The notes under the pieces were generated by a model. It searched no databases. It worked only from the letters and a program-made list of their open reading frames with translations, and was not told the origin of the DNA. Shown piece by piece: positions 37,235 to 46,921 of a DNA stretch of 64,000 nt. Numbering within the stretch: the first letter of the stretch is position 1; every line of letters starts with the position of its first letter. The position numbers and the translations under genes are program-made. Origin of the DNA: Nitrospirota bacterium (lineage in GTDB: Bacteria; Nitrospirota; Thermodesulfovibrionia; Thermodesulfovibrionales; UBA9159); the NCBI GenBank assembly GCA_021790195.1, contig JAJYIF010000018.1:9446-73445 (forward strand), written 5' to 3'.

Positions 37235-37801
37235 ATGAAGAAGGTGTTAATCGCGGTCGACGAAACGAAGTCCTCAAGGGCTGTGCTGACAACCTTCCAC
37301 AATTCCGTGCAGGAGCCCGAAGAGGTGGTTCTTATGCACGTGGAGAGACTTGAAGGCCATTCTCTAATGATCGATATGCTGGGCGAAGCCGAACTGTCGA
37401 CATTGAAAGAGTCCGTTTCCGGAACAGAGCATAAGGAGGCCCTGGATAGAAAGGCGAGTGATATCCTCGGCTATTATGCCAGGCAACTCCAGGACAGCGG
37501 GACGTTCAGAATAAAGACCGTCGTCAGAGAAGGCATTCCCGCGGAGGAAATCCTGAAAGTTGCGGACGAGGAAGGCGTTGAGCTGATAATCCTCGGACGC
37601 AGCGAAAGAAAAGGGATCGACAAGATCGTCGCCGGGAACATGGGGAAAGAGGTGGCCAAGGGAGCTAGGGTGCCCGTGCTTATGGCCAGGATGCCTAGCA
37701 TCTGCGAGGCGCCTTATACGTGGAGGGACGCTCTTGCGGCTGTCTCGGTTACTTCTGCGGTGGTCCTCTGTCTGTTTATATTGGGATTGATTCTACGGTA
37801 A
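37235..37801 (+). CDS. Universal stress protein (UspA family) with C-terminal TM anchor, paralog 1
   Basis: MKKVLIAVDETKSS...LMHVE...GVELIILGRS...G..A..V....VPVLM; hydrophobic C-terminus. Confidence 0.8.
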   Translation: MKKVLIAVDETKSSRAVLTTFHNSVQEPEEVVLMHVERLEGHSLMIDMLGEAELSTLKESVSGTEHKEALDRKASDILGYYARQLQDSGTFRIKTVVREGIPAEEILKVADEEGVELIILGRSERKGIDKIVAGNMGKEVAKGARVPVLMARMPSICEAPYTWRDALAAVSVTSAVVLCLFILGLILR

Positions 37802-37830
37802 GGATTGTGTTTAGGAAAAAGGAGGGGGAA

Positions 37831-38418
37831 GTGAAAAAGGTATTGGTAGCGGTGGATGATGTGAAGGGATCGAAGTCGGTGCTGGCGATGTTCAATCACC
37901 TGGTCAGATTGCCTGAGGAGATAATCCTTCTTCATGTAGAAAGGCTCGAAGGGAGCTCGCTGATGATAGATATGCTCGGAGAGGCCGAGCTTTCAACGCT
38001 GAGGGAAGAGCTGAAGGACTCGGAGCACAAGAAGAAGCTGGACATGAAGGCCGGGCAGGTACTCGAGTTTTGCAAGGCAAAGCTGGAGGAGAACGGCCTG
38101 ACCGGAATAAGGACCATGGTGACTGACGGGATCCCCGCAGAGGAGATCCTTAAGGTCTCGATGAAAGAGAACGTTGATCTGATAATCCTGGGCTACGGCC
38201 GCAAGAAGGGGCTTAACAGGTTTATAGCCGGGAGCGTGGCCAGAGACGTAGAAAACAACGCAAAGGCGCCGGTGCTTGTGTCAAGAAGACCCGCGATATG
38301 GGAAGAGGCCTCTATCTGGATGGATGCTTATTATGCCGTCTCATTCTCCACTGTTGTTATCGTGGTAATGTTTTTCCTCGGCATTATCTGGGAGAAGGTG
38401 TTTCTATCTATCAAATGA
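37831..38418 (+). CDS. Universal stress protein with C-terminal TM anchor, paralog 2
   Basis: GTG start after GGAGGGGG; VKKVLVAVDDVKGSKS..., same architecture as paralog 1. Confidence 0.75.
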   Translation: MKKVLVAVDDVKGSKSVLAMFNHLVRLPEEIILLHVERLEGSSLMIDMLGEAELSTLREELKDSEHKKKLDMKAGQVLEFCKAKLEENGLTGIRTMVTDGIPAEEILKVSMKENVDLIILGYGRKKGLNRFIAGSVARDVENNAKAPVLVSRRPAIWEEASIWMDAYYAVSFSTVVIVVMFFLGIIWEKVFLSIK

Positions 38419-38440
38419 AGGATTGTATCTGGAGGAACAA

Positions 38441-38947
38441 ATGAAAAAGATATTGGTGGCAGTAGACGACACAAAGGATTCGAAATCTGTATTGACAGTA
38501 TTCAATAACCTGGTCAGGCCTCCCGAGGAGGTTATCCTTCTCCATGTGGAGCGGCTCGAAGGCAGGTCTATGATGCTCGATATGCTCGGGGAGGCGGAGC
38601 TTTCAACATTAAGGGAGTCCCTGAGAGGGACCGAGTACAAGGAAGAGCTTGACCGGAAGGCGGAAAAGATCCTGAATTACTACAAGAAGGAATTGGAAAG
38701 CGGCGGCCTGATCACCGTCAAGACCGTAATAAAAGAGGGGATCCCCTCGGAGGAGATACTCAAGACCGCTGAAGAAGAAAATGTCGAGCTCATAATCACC
38801 GGCTGCGGCGGGAGCAAGGGCATCGACAGGCTCGTCAGGGGCTGTGTCAGCAAGGACGTGGAAAGGGGCTCCGCAGTGCCGGTGCTTGTGGCAAAAGGAA
38901 CTGTTGAAGAGACCAGCGGTCTGCGCGAGGCAACTCTGGCAGCGTAA
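38441..38947 (+). CDS. Universal stress protein, paralog 3 (soluble)
   Basis: MKKILVAVDDTKDSKS...; GGAGG upstream; same motifs. Confidence 0.8.
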   Translation: MKKILVAVDDTKDSKSVLTVFNNLVRPPEEVILLHVERLEGRSMMLDMLGEAELSTLRESLRGTEYKEELDRKAEKILNYYKKELESGGLITVKTVIKEGIPSEEILKTAEEENVELIITGCGGSKGIDRLVRGCVSKDVERGSAVPVLVAKGTVEETSGLREATLAA

Positions 38948-39072
38948 GTGAGGAGCGAAATAAAAAAAGAAAGGAGAACAAGTCAAAGGCAGGAACAGGT
39001 CGAAAAGACCAAGGGGGTTTTAACGTTGCGCATTGAGCGTGCACATTACTAATTAAGAAGGAGGAGGAATAG

Positions 39073-39597
39073 ATGGAAAAGGTGTTGATCGCAGTTGACG
39101 CCACAGGAGGGTCGCCAGGGATAATGTCACTGCTCCGGGAGGCGGTGTCGGAGCCCAAAAATATTATACTGCTCCACGTCCAGCAGCTGGAAGGCAATAC
39201 TTTGATGACCGCCATGCTCAGCGATTCCGAGATATCGACCATTAAGGACTCGATCAAGGGCACTGAGCATAAGGAGGCCCTCGACAGGAAGGCGGTGAAA
39301 GTCCTCACCCATTATAAGAAGGAGCTCGAAAGTGTCGGCTTCAGGGGCATCAAGACTGTAGTGAGAGAGGGACATCCATCCGAGGAAATCCTGAGGGTCG
39401 CGGAAGAAGAACATGCGGACCTCATAATCGTGGGCTGCAGCGGAAAGTCGCGCCTGCAGAGATATGTCACCGGCTGTGCGTCCAGAGAAGTGGAGAAGAA
39501 CGCGAAGGTGCCCGTGCTGATAGCCAAGGGCGTGGGCATGGGCTGCGGAGAGCACGATCACGTATGGAACGGGAGGGAAGCATATGTTGCCAAGTAA
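39073..39597 (+). CDS. Universal stress protein, paralog 4 (soluble)
   Basis: MEKVLIAVDATGGSPG...; AGGAGGAGG upstream; same motifs. Confidence 0.8.
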   Translation: MEKVLIAVDATGGSPGIMSLLREAVSEPKNIILLHVQQLEGNTLMTAMLSDSEISTIKDSIKGTEHKEALDRKAVKVLTHYKKELESVGFRGIKTVVREGHPSEEILRVAEEEHADLIIVGCSGKSRLQRYVTGCASREVEKNAKVPVLIAKGVGMGCGEHDHVWNGREAYVAK

Positions 39598-40684
39598 CAT
39601 CCTTTCCGCGCTGTCGGCGGTCATTGTCGGTCTCATGTTCGGCTTCGTCTTGCAAAGAGGGCGGTTCTGTCTCAACTCCGCCTTCAGGGACATCATCTTC
39701 GTAAAGGACCTCACTTTCTTCAGGGCATATTTACTCTGCGTGGCTGTCGCGGTGATAGGGACGAATCTCCTGGATCATTTCGGACTCCTCAGGGCCTTCG
39801 ACGAAACTACGGGGCATTATGAGAAGGTCGAACTGATGCGCCAGAGCTTTCTCCCCCTCGCCAACGTCGTCGGCGGCTTCCTCTTCGGAATAGGGATAGT
39901 CCTTGCCGGGGGGTGCGCAAGCGGCATCGTTTACAGGGTAGGGGAGGGACAGGTTTCCACAATAACGGCTATTATAGGCTTTTTCATGGGTGTTGTAATG
40001 ACGACCCAGGGACTGCTGAGCCCCATATATACTTACCTTAAGAGCTTTACCGTCGCGGTAGGGGGCAAGACAAATCCTGCGATATGGGACCTCTTCGGCG
40101 GCGGTGAGACAGCGCGATGGATTACGATCGGCGTATTCTGTCTCGCCCTTCTAGTTATTGTGATGATGGGCAAGCCGTCCTTCGGGAAGAACTCGAAGGC
40201 CTTTTCCTGGGGCCTTACGGGTCTACTTATAGGACTGCTTACAGTGGCGGCGTGGGTCGCCTCTTCCTATTTCGGGGGCGTCCCGAGGGGGCTCGCCATT
40301 ACCACGCCTATCAGAGAGTTCTTCAACGCCGTCCTCTACAAGAGCTCTCACTCCCCCTTCCCGGAATTCAGCTTCCTGGGAATATTCACAGGCACATGGG
40401 GCGTATTTTTTATCTTTGCGGTCCCCTTCGGCGCCCTGATGAGCGCGATCGCCCTAAAAGAATTCAAATGGAAGATCCCACAGGCAAAGGAATTCCTTAC
40501 CGTTCTGTTCGGGAGCATACTGATGGGGGTGGGCTCGGTCATCGCCGGTGGCTGAAACGTCGGTCACGGGGTGACAGGTATGTCAACCATGGCTCTCTCA
40601 AGCTTAGTTGCGATAACTTCCATAGTTCTTGGTAACTGGACAATGGTTTATTTTAAGTTCATAAGACCCATGAATGCGGATTGA
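39584..40684 (+). CDS. YeeE/YedE-family (Sulf_transp) sulfur/selenium-compound transporter, read through in-frame TGA at 40553-40555 (candidate selenocysteine)
   Basis: FGFVLQRGRFCLNSAFRD, LAGGCASG, then VIAGG-TGA-NVGHGVTG; the frame continues 42 codons encoding the last TM helix; family call is strong, the read-through is inference. Confidence 0.6.
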
Positions 40685-40716
40685 ACGGCTGCGGGGGGGC
40701 GGGTTTCGGCCTGCCC

Positions 40717-41373
40717 CTATTCTATCTTTATTATCCCTCTGTGAATAGCGAACTTTATCAAACTGGCCCTGCTGCTGATGTCGAGCTTTTCGCTCAGGTT
40801 GGTCTGATGCGCTATGACGGTCTTCGTGCTTATCGAAAGCATATCCCCGATTTCCTTGTGCGTGTATCCTTCGGCAAGGAGTTTCAGGACCTGCTTTTCC
40901 CTGTCGGTGAGCTTGTCGTAGGGATCCTCCGCGGCCGCTCCCTTGTCTTTCCCAAGGTAGCCTGCGACTACGTTTGACGCGATCGAGGAAAAGAGGTAGA
41001 ACTCTCCATTGCTGACCGCCCTTATGGCGGAAATCAGGTCGCTTCCCACTGCCCGCTTGAGCAGGTATCCCAGGACCCCCGCCTTCAGAAAACGCGCTAT
41101 GTACTCCTTGTCGTCGTATTGAGTGAGCACAAGGATCTTTATGTCCGGGTTGATCTTTTTGAGCTCAACTGTCGCCTCCAGACCGCCGAGCTTCGGCATT
41201 GCTATGTCCATAAGGACGACATCGGGGTTGAATTTCTTGGATTTCTCTATTGCCTCAAGACCGTCGGACGCTTCGGCAATCACCTCTATGTCTTCGGTGA
41301 GCTTGAGGAACGCGACAATACCCTCCCTCACCAAGGCATGATCATCGGCGATAAGAACTCTTATCTTACGCAT
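40717..41373 (-). CDS. NarL/LuxR-family response regulator
   Basis: 218 aa; REC domain (IADDH...D) plus C-terminal LuxR HTH (LTDREKQVLKLLAEGYTHKEIGDMLSIS.KTV). Confidence 0.9.
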   Translation of the reverse strand: MRKIRVLIADDHALVREGIVAFLKLTEDIEVIAEASDGLEAIEKSKKFNPDVVLMDIAMPKLGGLEATVELKKINPDIKILVLTQYDDKEYIARFLKAGVLGYLLKRAVGSDLISAIRAVSNGEFYLFSSIASNVVAGYLGKDKGAAAEDPYDKLTDREKQVLKLLAEGYTHKEIGDMLSISTKTVIAHQTNLSEKLDISSRASLIKFAIHRGIIKIE

Positions 41374-43285
41374 CTGAAGCTACTCTTTGTTTAAAGGCGG
41401 AACAGTTATTTCGCCTTTCTTCGGGACAATCCATAATCTCCCAGCAGGGTTGTTCTTTAGTCGACGCCTCAGCGCCTGCTTCTTTAGTTCTTAGAGGGAT
41501 CGTCAAGCTGATCCATGTGCCGCTTCCAGGCAGGGAGCATATCTGCAATTCCCCGTCAAGGAGTGAAGTCCTCTCCTTCATTCCCATGAGCCCCAGCCCC
41601 CTGCCGTTGTCGGCCGAATATCGCAACATAGACTGGACGTCAAATCCCTTTCCGTCGTCCCGGATCTCGATATTGACGGCGCTGTCTCTAACCTTGAGCG
41701 CTATAAAAACATTCCCGGCCCCTGAGTGTCTTGCGATATTGATAACGGCCTCCTGTATGATCCTGAACAGCGTGATCTCGGCATGCGGGCTGAAACGCGC
41801 GTCCGTCTCGGCATCGACGGTCAATGAATATTGGATCCCTTTTTCTCCCAGGTGTTTGTCAAGAAGCCACTTGACCGCCGTCGCTAGGCCTAGGTCATCA
41901 AGTATGGCAGGCCTCATGTTCTGAATGACATTATGAATGCCGTCTATGGTTTTCAGTGTGATCCCCCTCATCTGTTCTATCTTTTCCCGGGTGATCTGCT
42001 CCGGATACAGCTTGCAGATATCGAGCTTTATGAGAAAAGCGGACAGGTCCTGCAGGATCTCATCATGGAGTCCCCTGGCTATCCTCTTCCTCTCATCCTC
42101 CTGTGAGGAAATGATACGTTTGAGAAGGCTTTCGACCTTCTGGCGGCTTTGCCGTATCTGCCCGGTTCTCTCTATGACCCGTTGCTCCAGCTCGATGTTA
42201 TGCCTCTGGATGCTCTCGAGAGACTCCGAGAGTTTCATCCTCATAATATCGAAACTCTTGCTGAGTTTCAATATCTCGTCGCTCCCCAGATTCCCAACTG
42301 GCACCGAGAGATCTCCGGATGCAATCTTATCCGCCGAAGTTATCAGGAACCTGAGCGGCCTGACTACGTTTATGCTCATCCCGACCGAAAAAAGGATTGA
42401 CGTGCCGATAAATATAATAACAAGAAGGAGGAATTTCTTTTTCAGGGCGATTGAAGGAGAAAAGATATCGTCCTCAGACTGCCCCACAACCACGCCCCAT
42501 TTGGCCAAAGTCAGAGGGACAACCGCGAGACGATCAAGCCTTTCTTCTCCGGAAGCGTCAAGCGAAGACACGCGCCCGCTTTCCACAATCCCGGACTCTC
42601 CTTTTCTTATCATGCTGCCCAGTTCGGCGCCATGGATATGGCGCCGAAGCGCGCGCGAAGGATTGGCCGAAGCCACCACTACATCATTCGAGTCGACGAT
42701 CTCTATGTAAATAGTCTTGTCGATCTTGGCGCTTTGCAGGATCTGATTAAAAAAACGGTCCGTCGGGCCCAGAATACCTCCGACAACGCCGACGATCCTG
42801 CCTTCGCTGTCCCTCAGCGGGGTCATCATGAATACTACCTTCTTCTTTATAGGCTCAATTGTATAGACATTGGATATCACGGGCCTTCCGTTCAGGAGCA
42901 CGTCATTGACGTAATCAATGTAAGTGAGATTAGAGAAATACTCTACATGAGGCGGATAAGTGAGCACCTCGTTGCCGTGTTTGTCAAGAAGGAATACTCC
43001 CTCAGTGAAAAGCGAATATTTGTACACGTTTTCGAGCATTCTTTTTTCGGTCTCCCGGTCGCCGTTCTTGAGGTTGATTTTCCCCGAGAGGGAGACGTCG
43101 TGGAGCCTGCTAAAATTATTGTTCAGAAAAACTTCGATGTAATTTGCGATAATCCTGGCAAGCGCGAGCCTGTTCTGCAGAGAGCGCTCGATGCTCTCAT
43201 GGATTGCTATCGAGCTTATAACCCCGAGTGTGGCCGTTATTATGATCACGTTAAGGATTATAGCGATTATTATCTTTCTCAGCAT
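41366..43285 (-). CDS. Sensor histidine kinase (HisKA_3/NarX type) with Cache-like periplasmic domain, HAMP and a C-terminal Cys/Trp motif
   Basis: 639 aa; H-box RIARGLHDEILQ; HATPase; C-terminal PCWEIMDCPEERRNNCSAF. Confidence 0.85.
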   Translation of the reverse strand: MLRKIIIAIILNVIIITATLGVISSIAIHESIERSLQNRLALARIIANYIEVFLNNNFSRLHDVSLSGKINLKNGDRETEKRMLENVYKYSLFTEGVFLLDKHGNEVLTYPPHVEYFSNLTYIDYVNDVLLNGRPVISNVYTIEPIKKKVVFMMTPLRDSEGRIVGVVGGILGPTDRFFNQILQSAKIDKTIYIEIVDSNDVVVASANPSRALRRHIHGAELGSMIRKGESGIVESGRVSSLDASGEERLDRLAVVPLTLAKWGVVVGQSEDDIFSPSIALKKKFLLLVIIFIGTSILFSVGMSINVVRPLRFLITSADKIASGDLSVPVGNLGSDEILKLSKSFDIMRMKLSESLESIQRHNIELEQRVIERTGQIRQSRQKVESLLKRIISSQEDERKRIARGLHDEILQDLSAFLIKLDICKLYPEQITREKIEQMRGITLKTIDGIHNVIQNMRPAILDDLGLATAVKWLLDKHLGEKGIQYSLTVDAETDARFSPHAEITLFRIIQEAVINIARHSGAGNVFIALKVRDSAVNIEIRDDGKGFDVQSMLRYSADNGRGLGLMGMKERTSLLDGELQICSLPGSGTWISLTIPLRTKEAGAEASTKEQPCWEIMDCPEERRNNCSAFKQRVASDA

Positions 43286-43352
43286 CTATCGTAATAGATC
43301 GAAACGAGTTGTTCTGCGTCAGCATGAGCGGCAGGGAGGACAGACCGTTTCT

Positions 43353-44066
43353 TCACCTGCGCTGCAACTCCCTATTCTTTGCACCCGCCTCGTTTTCCGG
43401 CTCCGCAAGCCGTCTCTCAAAGCGTTTCTTTTCGCTGTATCCAATGAATATGCTTTTGTCAAGGGGAAACACGTCCGGGCTGAACATGGAATCGTAGATA
43501 TGCCAGATGGCAACGAGGAGAAAAATCAGCATCGCCTCGTTCGTATGAACGACCTTTGAAGCCGGGATGAATTGTCCCGGGAAATATTTGGTCGCTGCCA
43601 CGGGGAACCAGAGAATGAAACCCGTGACGATCATCTGAATGCCTCCCAAGAGAATAAGCCAGTAAATAAACTTTTCCTTGTAGTTGTATCTGGCGCGCAC
43701 AGCCGGTCTATCGGCAATGCCTATGTAATATCTGACGTTATGCAGTGCGTCAACGAAATCGTTGAAGTTTACGAGCATGGAAGGCTCCCACTGTCTGTAG
43801 ACGATGCCCCAGAAATTCAAGAGGACGTGCTGCGCGACAAGAGCGGTGAAAAGCGCCCCTGCAAGGTGGTGAAGAAACCTTACGCTGTCGATGCCGCCTA
43901 GTACGGCGATAAGGGACTGTGAGACTCCCAGGGCATAAAACTTTTGGGAGAGCCCGGTCGCCGCCAGCGCCGCAAATAGCGCGATAAGCGCAATGTGCTC
44001 TATGATACGGTAAGCGCTGAACCTCCTGACATATTCTTTATCGCCCGACAGTTTGCCGTAAACCAT
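43353..44066 (-). CDS. Membrane b-type cytochrome (FdnI/HydC-like, Ni_hydr_CYTB family)
   Basis: 237 aa; four TM helices with conserved His (IIEHIALI, FLHHLAG, HTNEAML, AIWHIY). Confidence 0.7.
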   Translation of the reverse strand: MVYGKLSGDKEYVRRFSAYRIIEHIALIALFAALAATGLSQKFYALGVSQSLIAVLGGIDSVRFLHHLAGALFTALVAQHVLLNFWGIVYRQWEPSMLVNFNDFVDALHNVRYYIGIADRPAVRARYNYKEKFIYWLILLGGIQMIVTGFILWFPVAATKYFPGQFIPASKVVHTNEAMLIFLLVAIWHIYDSMFSPDVFPLDKSIFIGYSEKKRFERRLAEPENEAGAKNRELQRR

Positions 44067-44081
44067 AGCCTATCCTCCTCC

Positions 44082-45668
44082 TCACCTGCTTGCAAAGTAC
44101 CGCCATATGTCCAGAAAAACCTGGAACAACAGGCCGATCACCATCAGCGGCATCATGAGCTTGTAGAATTCTTCAACGATGAAAACCAGAGGAGCGACTC
44201 TAAGGCTCGGCTTATAATGAGACAGCCATGCATCAGGAAAGTTCTCGGTTGCGTTTGTATGGCATGTATGGCATCGTTTCCGGAGATTCTTCTTTATGGT
44301 AAGCAAGTCGGCGCCGGAAACATTAGTGATGCCGTGCGTTCCGTGGCAGTCGGTGCAGACCGCCATGGGACGATCCGCCCGGTAACGTTTCTGAGCTTCT
44401 TTCCTGTAAAGGCCGAGCGTCACGCCGTGAAAATCGGCGAGATAGCTCTTTACTACGTCGACAGACAGGCCGTATTTGCCCATGATCGCGGCGTTCGAAT
44501 GGCATTTGCTGCACAGGTCCGGTATATAATCGTGAAACTCCGATGATGAGGGATCTTTGATGCTGTGGGAAGAGTGGCAGTCAATGCAGATCGGGACGTC
44601 TTTGTTGTTCTCTTTGAACAGGGCGCTGCCGTGCACGCTCCTCGCATATATTTCGTAAATCCCGCTGTGGCAGGCTTTGCATTTCTGCACCACTGACAGT
44701 CTGCTCCTGCTGAGCGACAAGACCGCGTGCGACCCGTGGCAATCTATGCAGGTTGGCGCATCAAGCCTCCCCGAGTTGAGCATCGAATAATGTATGCTTT
44801 CGGATATCTTCGAATACTTGTCGAAATGGCACCGTTTGCAGATCTCGGCGGATGAAAGTCGGTAGGTTCGCTCAGAGCTGAACCGCCTGTCAGGGTGCTC
44901 CTGCGCCGAGAACCCGAAGTGGCAGTCGGAGCAGCCGACGTTTCTGTGGGGAGAATCTCGGAACTCGGCAACGTCGACGCGGATCGATCTGAATTCTCCG
45001 TTCCTGAAGCGCATACGGTTCTCAAAGGCATGGCAGCGCAGGCAGTAATTATCTTCAGACGTTGAAACGTTGCCGCCGGTGATACGGGCAACGGCATGGG
45101 CGCTGTGGCAATCGGTGCAAATGACCGCCTCTCCGGATCCTTCTTTTTTGAACAATGCCTCGTGGATGGCTCTGGACCTTATGACCCGGTCGGTATGGCA
45201 GTGGCGGCACCCGTGCGACTCTCTGATCCTGTACTGGAGTTTATTCCTGAAGGCGCGGTCCGGGTGGCTTAGGGCGGAGAAATCCACATGGCATGCGGTG
45301 CAGGGGAGCGACCTGTGGACCGACTTGTCAAGTGCCACGGAATCGACATAGGTCGAGACGAAGTCTCCATCAGGGAATTTCTTAACCGAGTTTTTTTCGC
45401 TATGACATCTAAGACATTGTCTCTTCTCTTCCCCTGCCGCTCTCTCCTGGGCGTAAGAGGGACGGGCATGAAGAACCAAACAAAAGATGAACACCACATA
45501 TAGTATACACTTCGCGGCTCTCACGCCGTCCCCCCTTTGTGATAAACGATATCGAGATCCAACTGCGGAGAACAGGAGTCCTTCTCCGAGAACACCCGCT
45601 TCTATCTTATCATCTTTCTCCATAAAAAATAATTTTGCAGGCGTGTCCGACATTCTCTCTCCCGTCAA
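44082..45668 (-). CDS. Multiheme c-type cytochrome, 13 CxxCH motifs, C-terminal TM helix
   Basis: Counted CLRCH, CTACH, CRHCH, CTDCH, CLRCH, CSDCH, CKRCH, CIDCH, CKACH, CIDCH, CSKCH, CTDCH, CHTCH; N-terminal hydrophobic segment; C-terminal MMPLMVIGLLFQVFL. Confidence 0.85.
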   Translation of the reverse strand: MTGERMSDTPAKLFFMEKDDKIEAGVLGEGLLFSAVGSRYRLSQRGDGVRAAKCILYVVFIFCLVLHARPSYAQERAAGEEKRQCLRCHSEKNSVKKFPDGDFVSTYVDSVALDKSVHRSLPCTACHVDFSALSHPDRAFRNKLQYRIRESHGCRHCHTDRVIRSRAIHEALFKKEGSGEAVICTDCHSAHAVARITGGNVSTSEDNYCLRCHAFENRMRFRNGEFRSIRVDVAEFRDSPHRNVGCSDCHFGFSAQEHPDRRFSSERTYRLSSAEICKRCHFDKYSKISESIHYSMLNSGRLDAPTCIDCHGSHAVLSLSRSRLSVVQKCKACHSGIYEIYARSVHGSALFKENNKDVPICIDCHSSHSIKDPSSSEFHDYIPDLCSKCHSNAAIMGKYGLSVDVVKSYLADFHGVTLGLYRKEAQKRYRADRPMAVCTDCHGTHGITNVSGADLLTIKKNLRKRCHTCHTNATENFPDAWLSHYKPSLRVAPLVFIVEEFYKLMMPLMVIGLLFQVFLDIWRYFASR

Positions 45669-46921
45669 TGCGTGCCTTCATATTCCGGCAGTTCGCGCGT
45701 TACAGGAAATCTGTTCAGTATCCACCTGAAAACGAGTATATGGAGCGTGACCATCGCCATGATCATCATAATCTCGGTCCCCGGCGGGATAATCCGGTGC
45801 AGATGTCCGGGCAAGTGCCAGTTGAAAGCGATCAGGTTGACGTTCACCCTGTTCAGCAGAATCCCGAACAGTGCAAACAGGGCGGAGAAACGTATCAGCT
45901 TCAGACTTTGAGATTTCACTCCTGCAGTGAACAAAACCATCGGCATTGCCACAAAACCGAGCAGCTCAACCAGGTACCAATAACCGTACGGAGTCGTCAG
46001 GAGTCCCCAGCGATCATCCTGTGCCAGGGCGAGCACCTTCAGGGCGAAGTAGACGTACATGGACAATGCGGCCCCTTTGCCTAAACTGAGGGTTAGCGAG
46101 GGCGTGCTCGATATGAACTTCGCGTCGCATTTGTCCCTGAAATAACGTACGGCCACGAAGGCAAGGAGAATCGCAAACGACATGGCGGCGTAGACCGCCG
46201 AGCTGAAAAACAACAGTGGAAGATGTGATGAGTACCATAAGGGGTGAAGCTTGCCCGGCGTCAGGAGATACATGGCGCCGAGGGCCGACTGGTGAACCGT
46301 AGAGAGGATAACCCCGCCGATAATCAGCGCTACTGTTGTGGAAACGGCCCATCTGTGAAGACGCCTCGATCCCAGCCACTCAAGGATGGCCGGAGAGAAC
46401 TCCAGAAGCTGCACAGTACAGTAAAGAGCTACGTGCCAGGCCACGATGAAGAGGACCGAAGACGGGCCGAGATTAACGAGCATCGGGTAATATATGCGCC
46501 ACGGCCGCCCCAGATCGATTAGCAGGTATGAGGCTGCGAAGGCGTACCCTAACATTCCGCCGAGCACGGCGAGACGCACCAGAGGCCTGTAAGACTTCAT
46601 GCCGAACAGGTAATAAGCCGCTGCCACGACAAAGCCCGCGGCGAACAGCGGCTCACCCGCGAAGATTCCCCAACTCAGGAGGAGTCCCCAGGGATATTCG
46701 CTGGTGGCGTCCATGACGCTCGCAAGTCCTCTTGTGTATCTCATTATGAACACGGGCGCTGAGGCGACAAGGATCGCAACGGCGGCCAGATTGAAAGGCG
46801 TCGCCAGAGAGCGGGCGTACTCGGATACGCTCATCCCCATGAACAGCTTATCCATGAACCAGTTGCGGAATTCCGCAGAAGACGCAGACGATTGAGCGGT
46901 GTATTGAATGCCGTTATCCAT
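45665..46921 (-). CDS. NrfD/PsrC/HmcC-type integral membrane quinone-interacting subunit
   Basis: Start chosen at MDNGIQY (AAGGAGGGG upstream); about 8-10 TM helices; sits next to a 4-cluster FeS subunit. Confidence 0.75.
   Translation of the reverse strand: MDNGIQYTAQSSASSAEFRNWFMDKLFMGMSVSEYARSLATPFNLAAVAILVASAPVFIMRYTRGLASVMDATSEYPWGLLLSWGIFAGEPLFAAGFVVAAAYYLFGMKSYRPLVRLAVLGGMLGYAFAASYLLIDLGRPWRIYYPMLVNLGPSSVLFIVAWHVALYCTVQLLEFSPAILEWLGSRRLHRWAVSTTVALIIGGVILSTVHQSALGAMYLLTPGKLHPLWYSSHLPLLFFSSAVYAAMSFAILLAFVAVRYFRDKCDAKFISSTPSLTLSLGKGAALSMYVYFALKVLALAQDDRWGLLTTPYGYWYLVELLGFVAMPMVLFTAGVKSQSLKLIRFSALFALFGILLNRVNVNLIAFNWHLPGHLHRIIPPGTEIMMIMAMVTLHILVFRWILNRFPVTRELPEYEGTH

Noticed and set aside
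40117-40635. 172-aa ORF in another frame overlapping the YeeE gene and the region after its TGA
   Set aside because: Its translation is R/G/P-rich and non-membrane-like. The YeeE frame gives conserved transporter motifs both before and after the TGA.
41937-43294. Two ORFs of 257 and 220 aa antisense to the NarX-type kinase
   Set aside because: They are shadow ORFs. The kinase frame has H-box and ATPase motifs.
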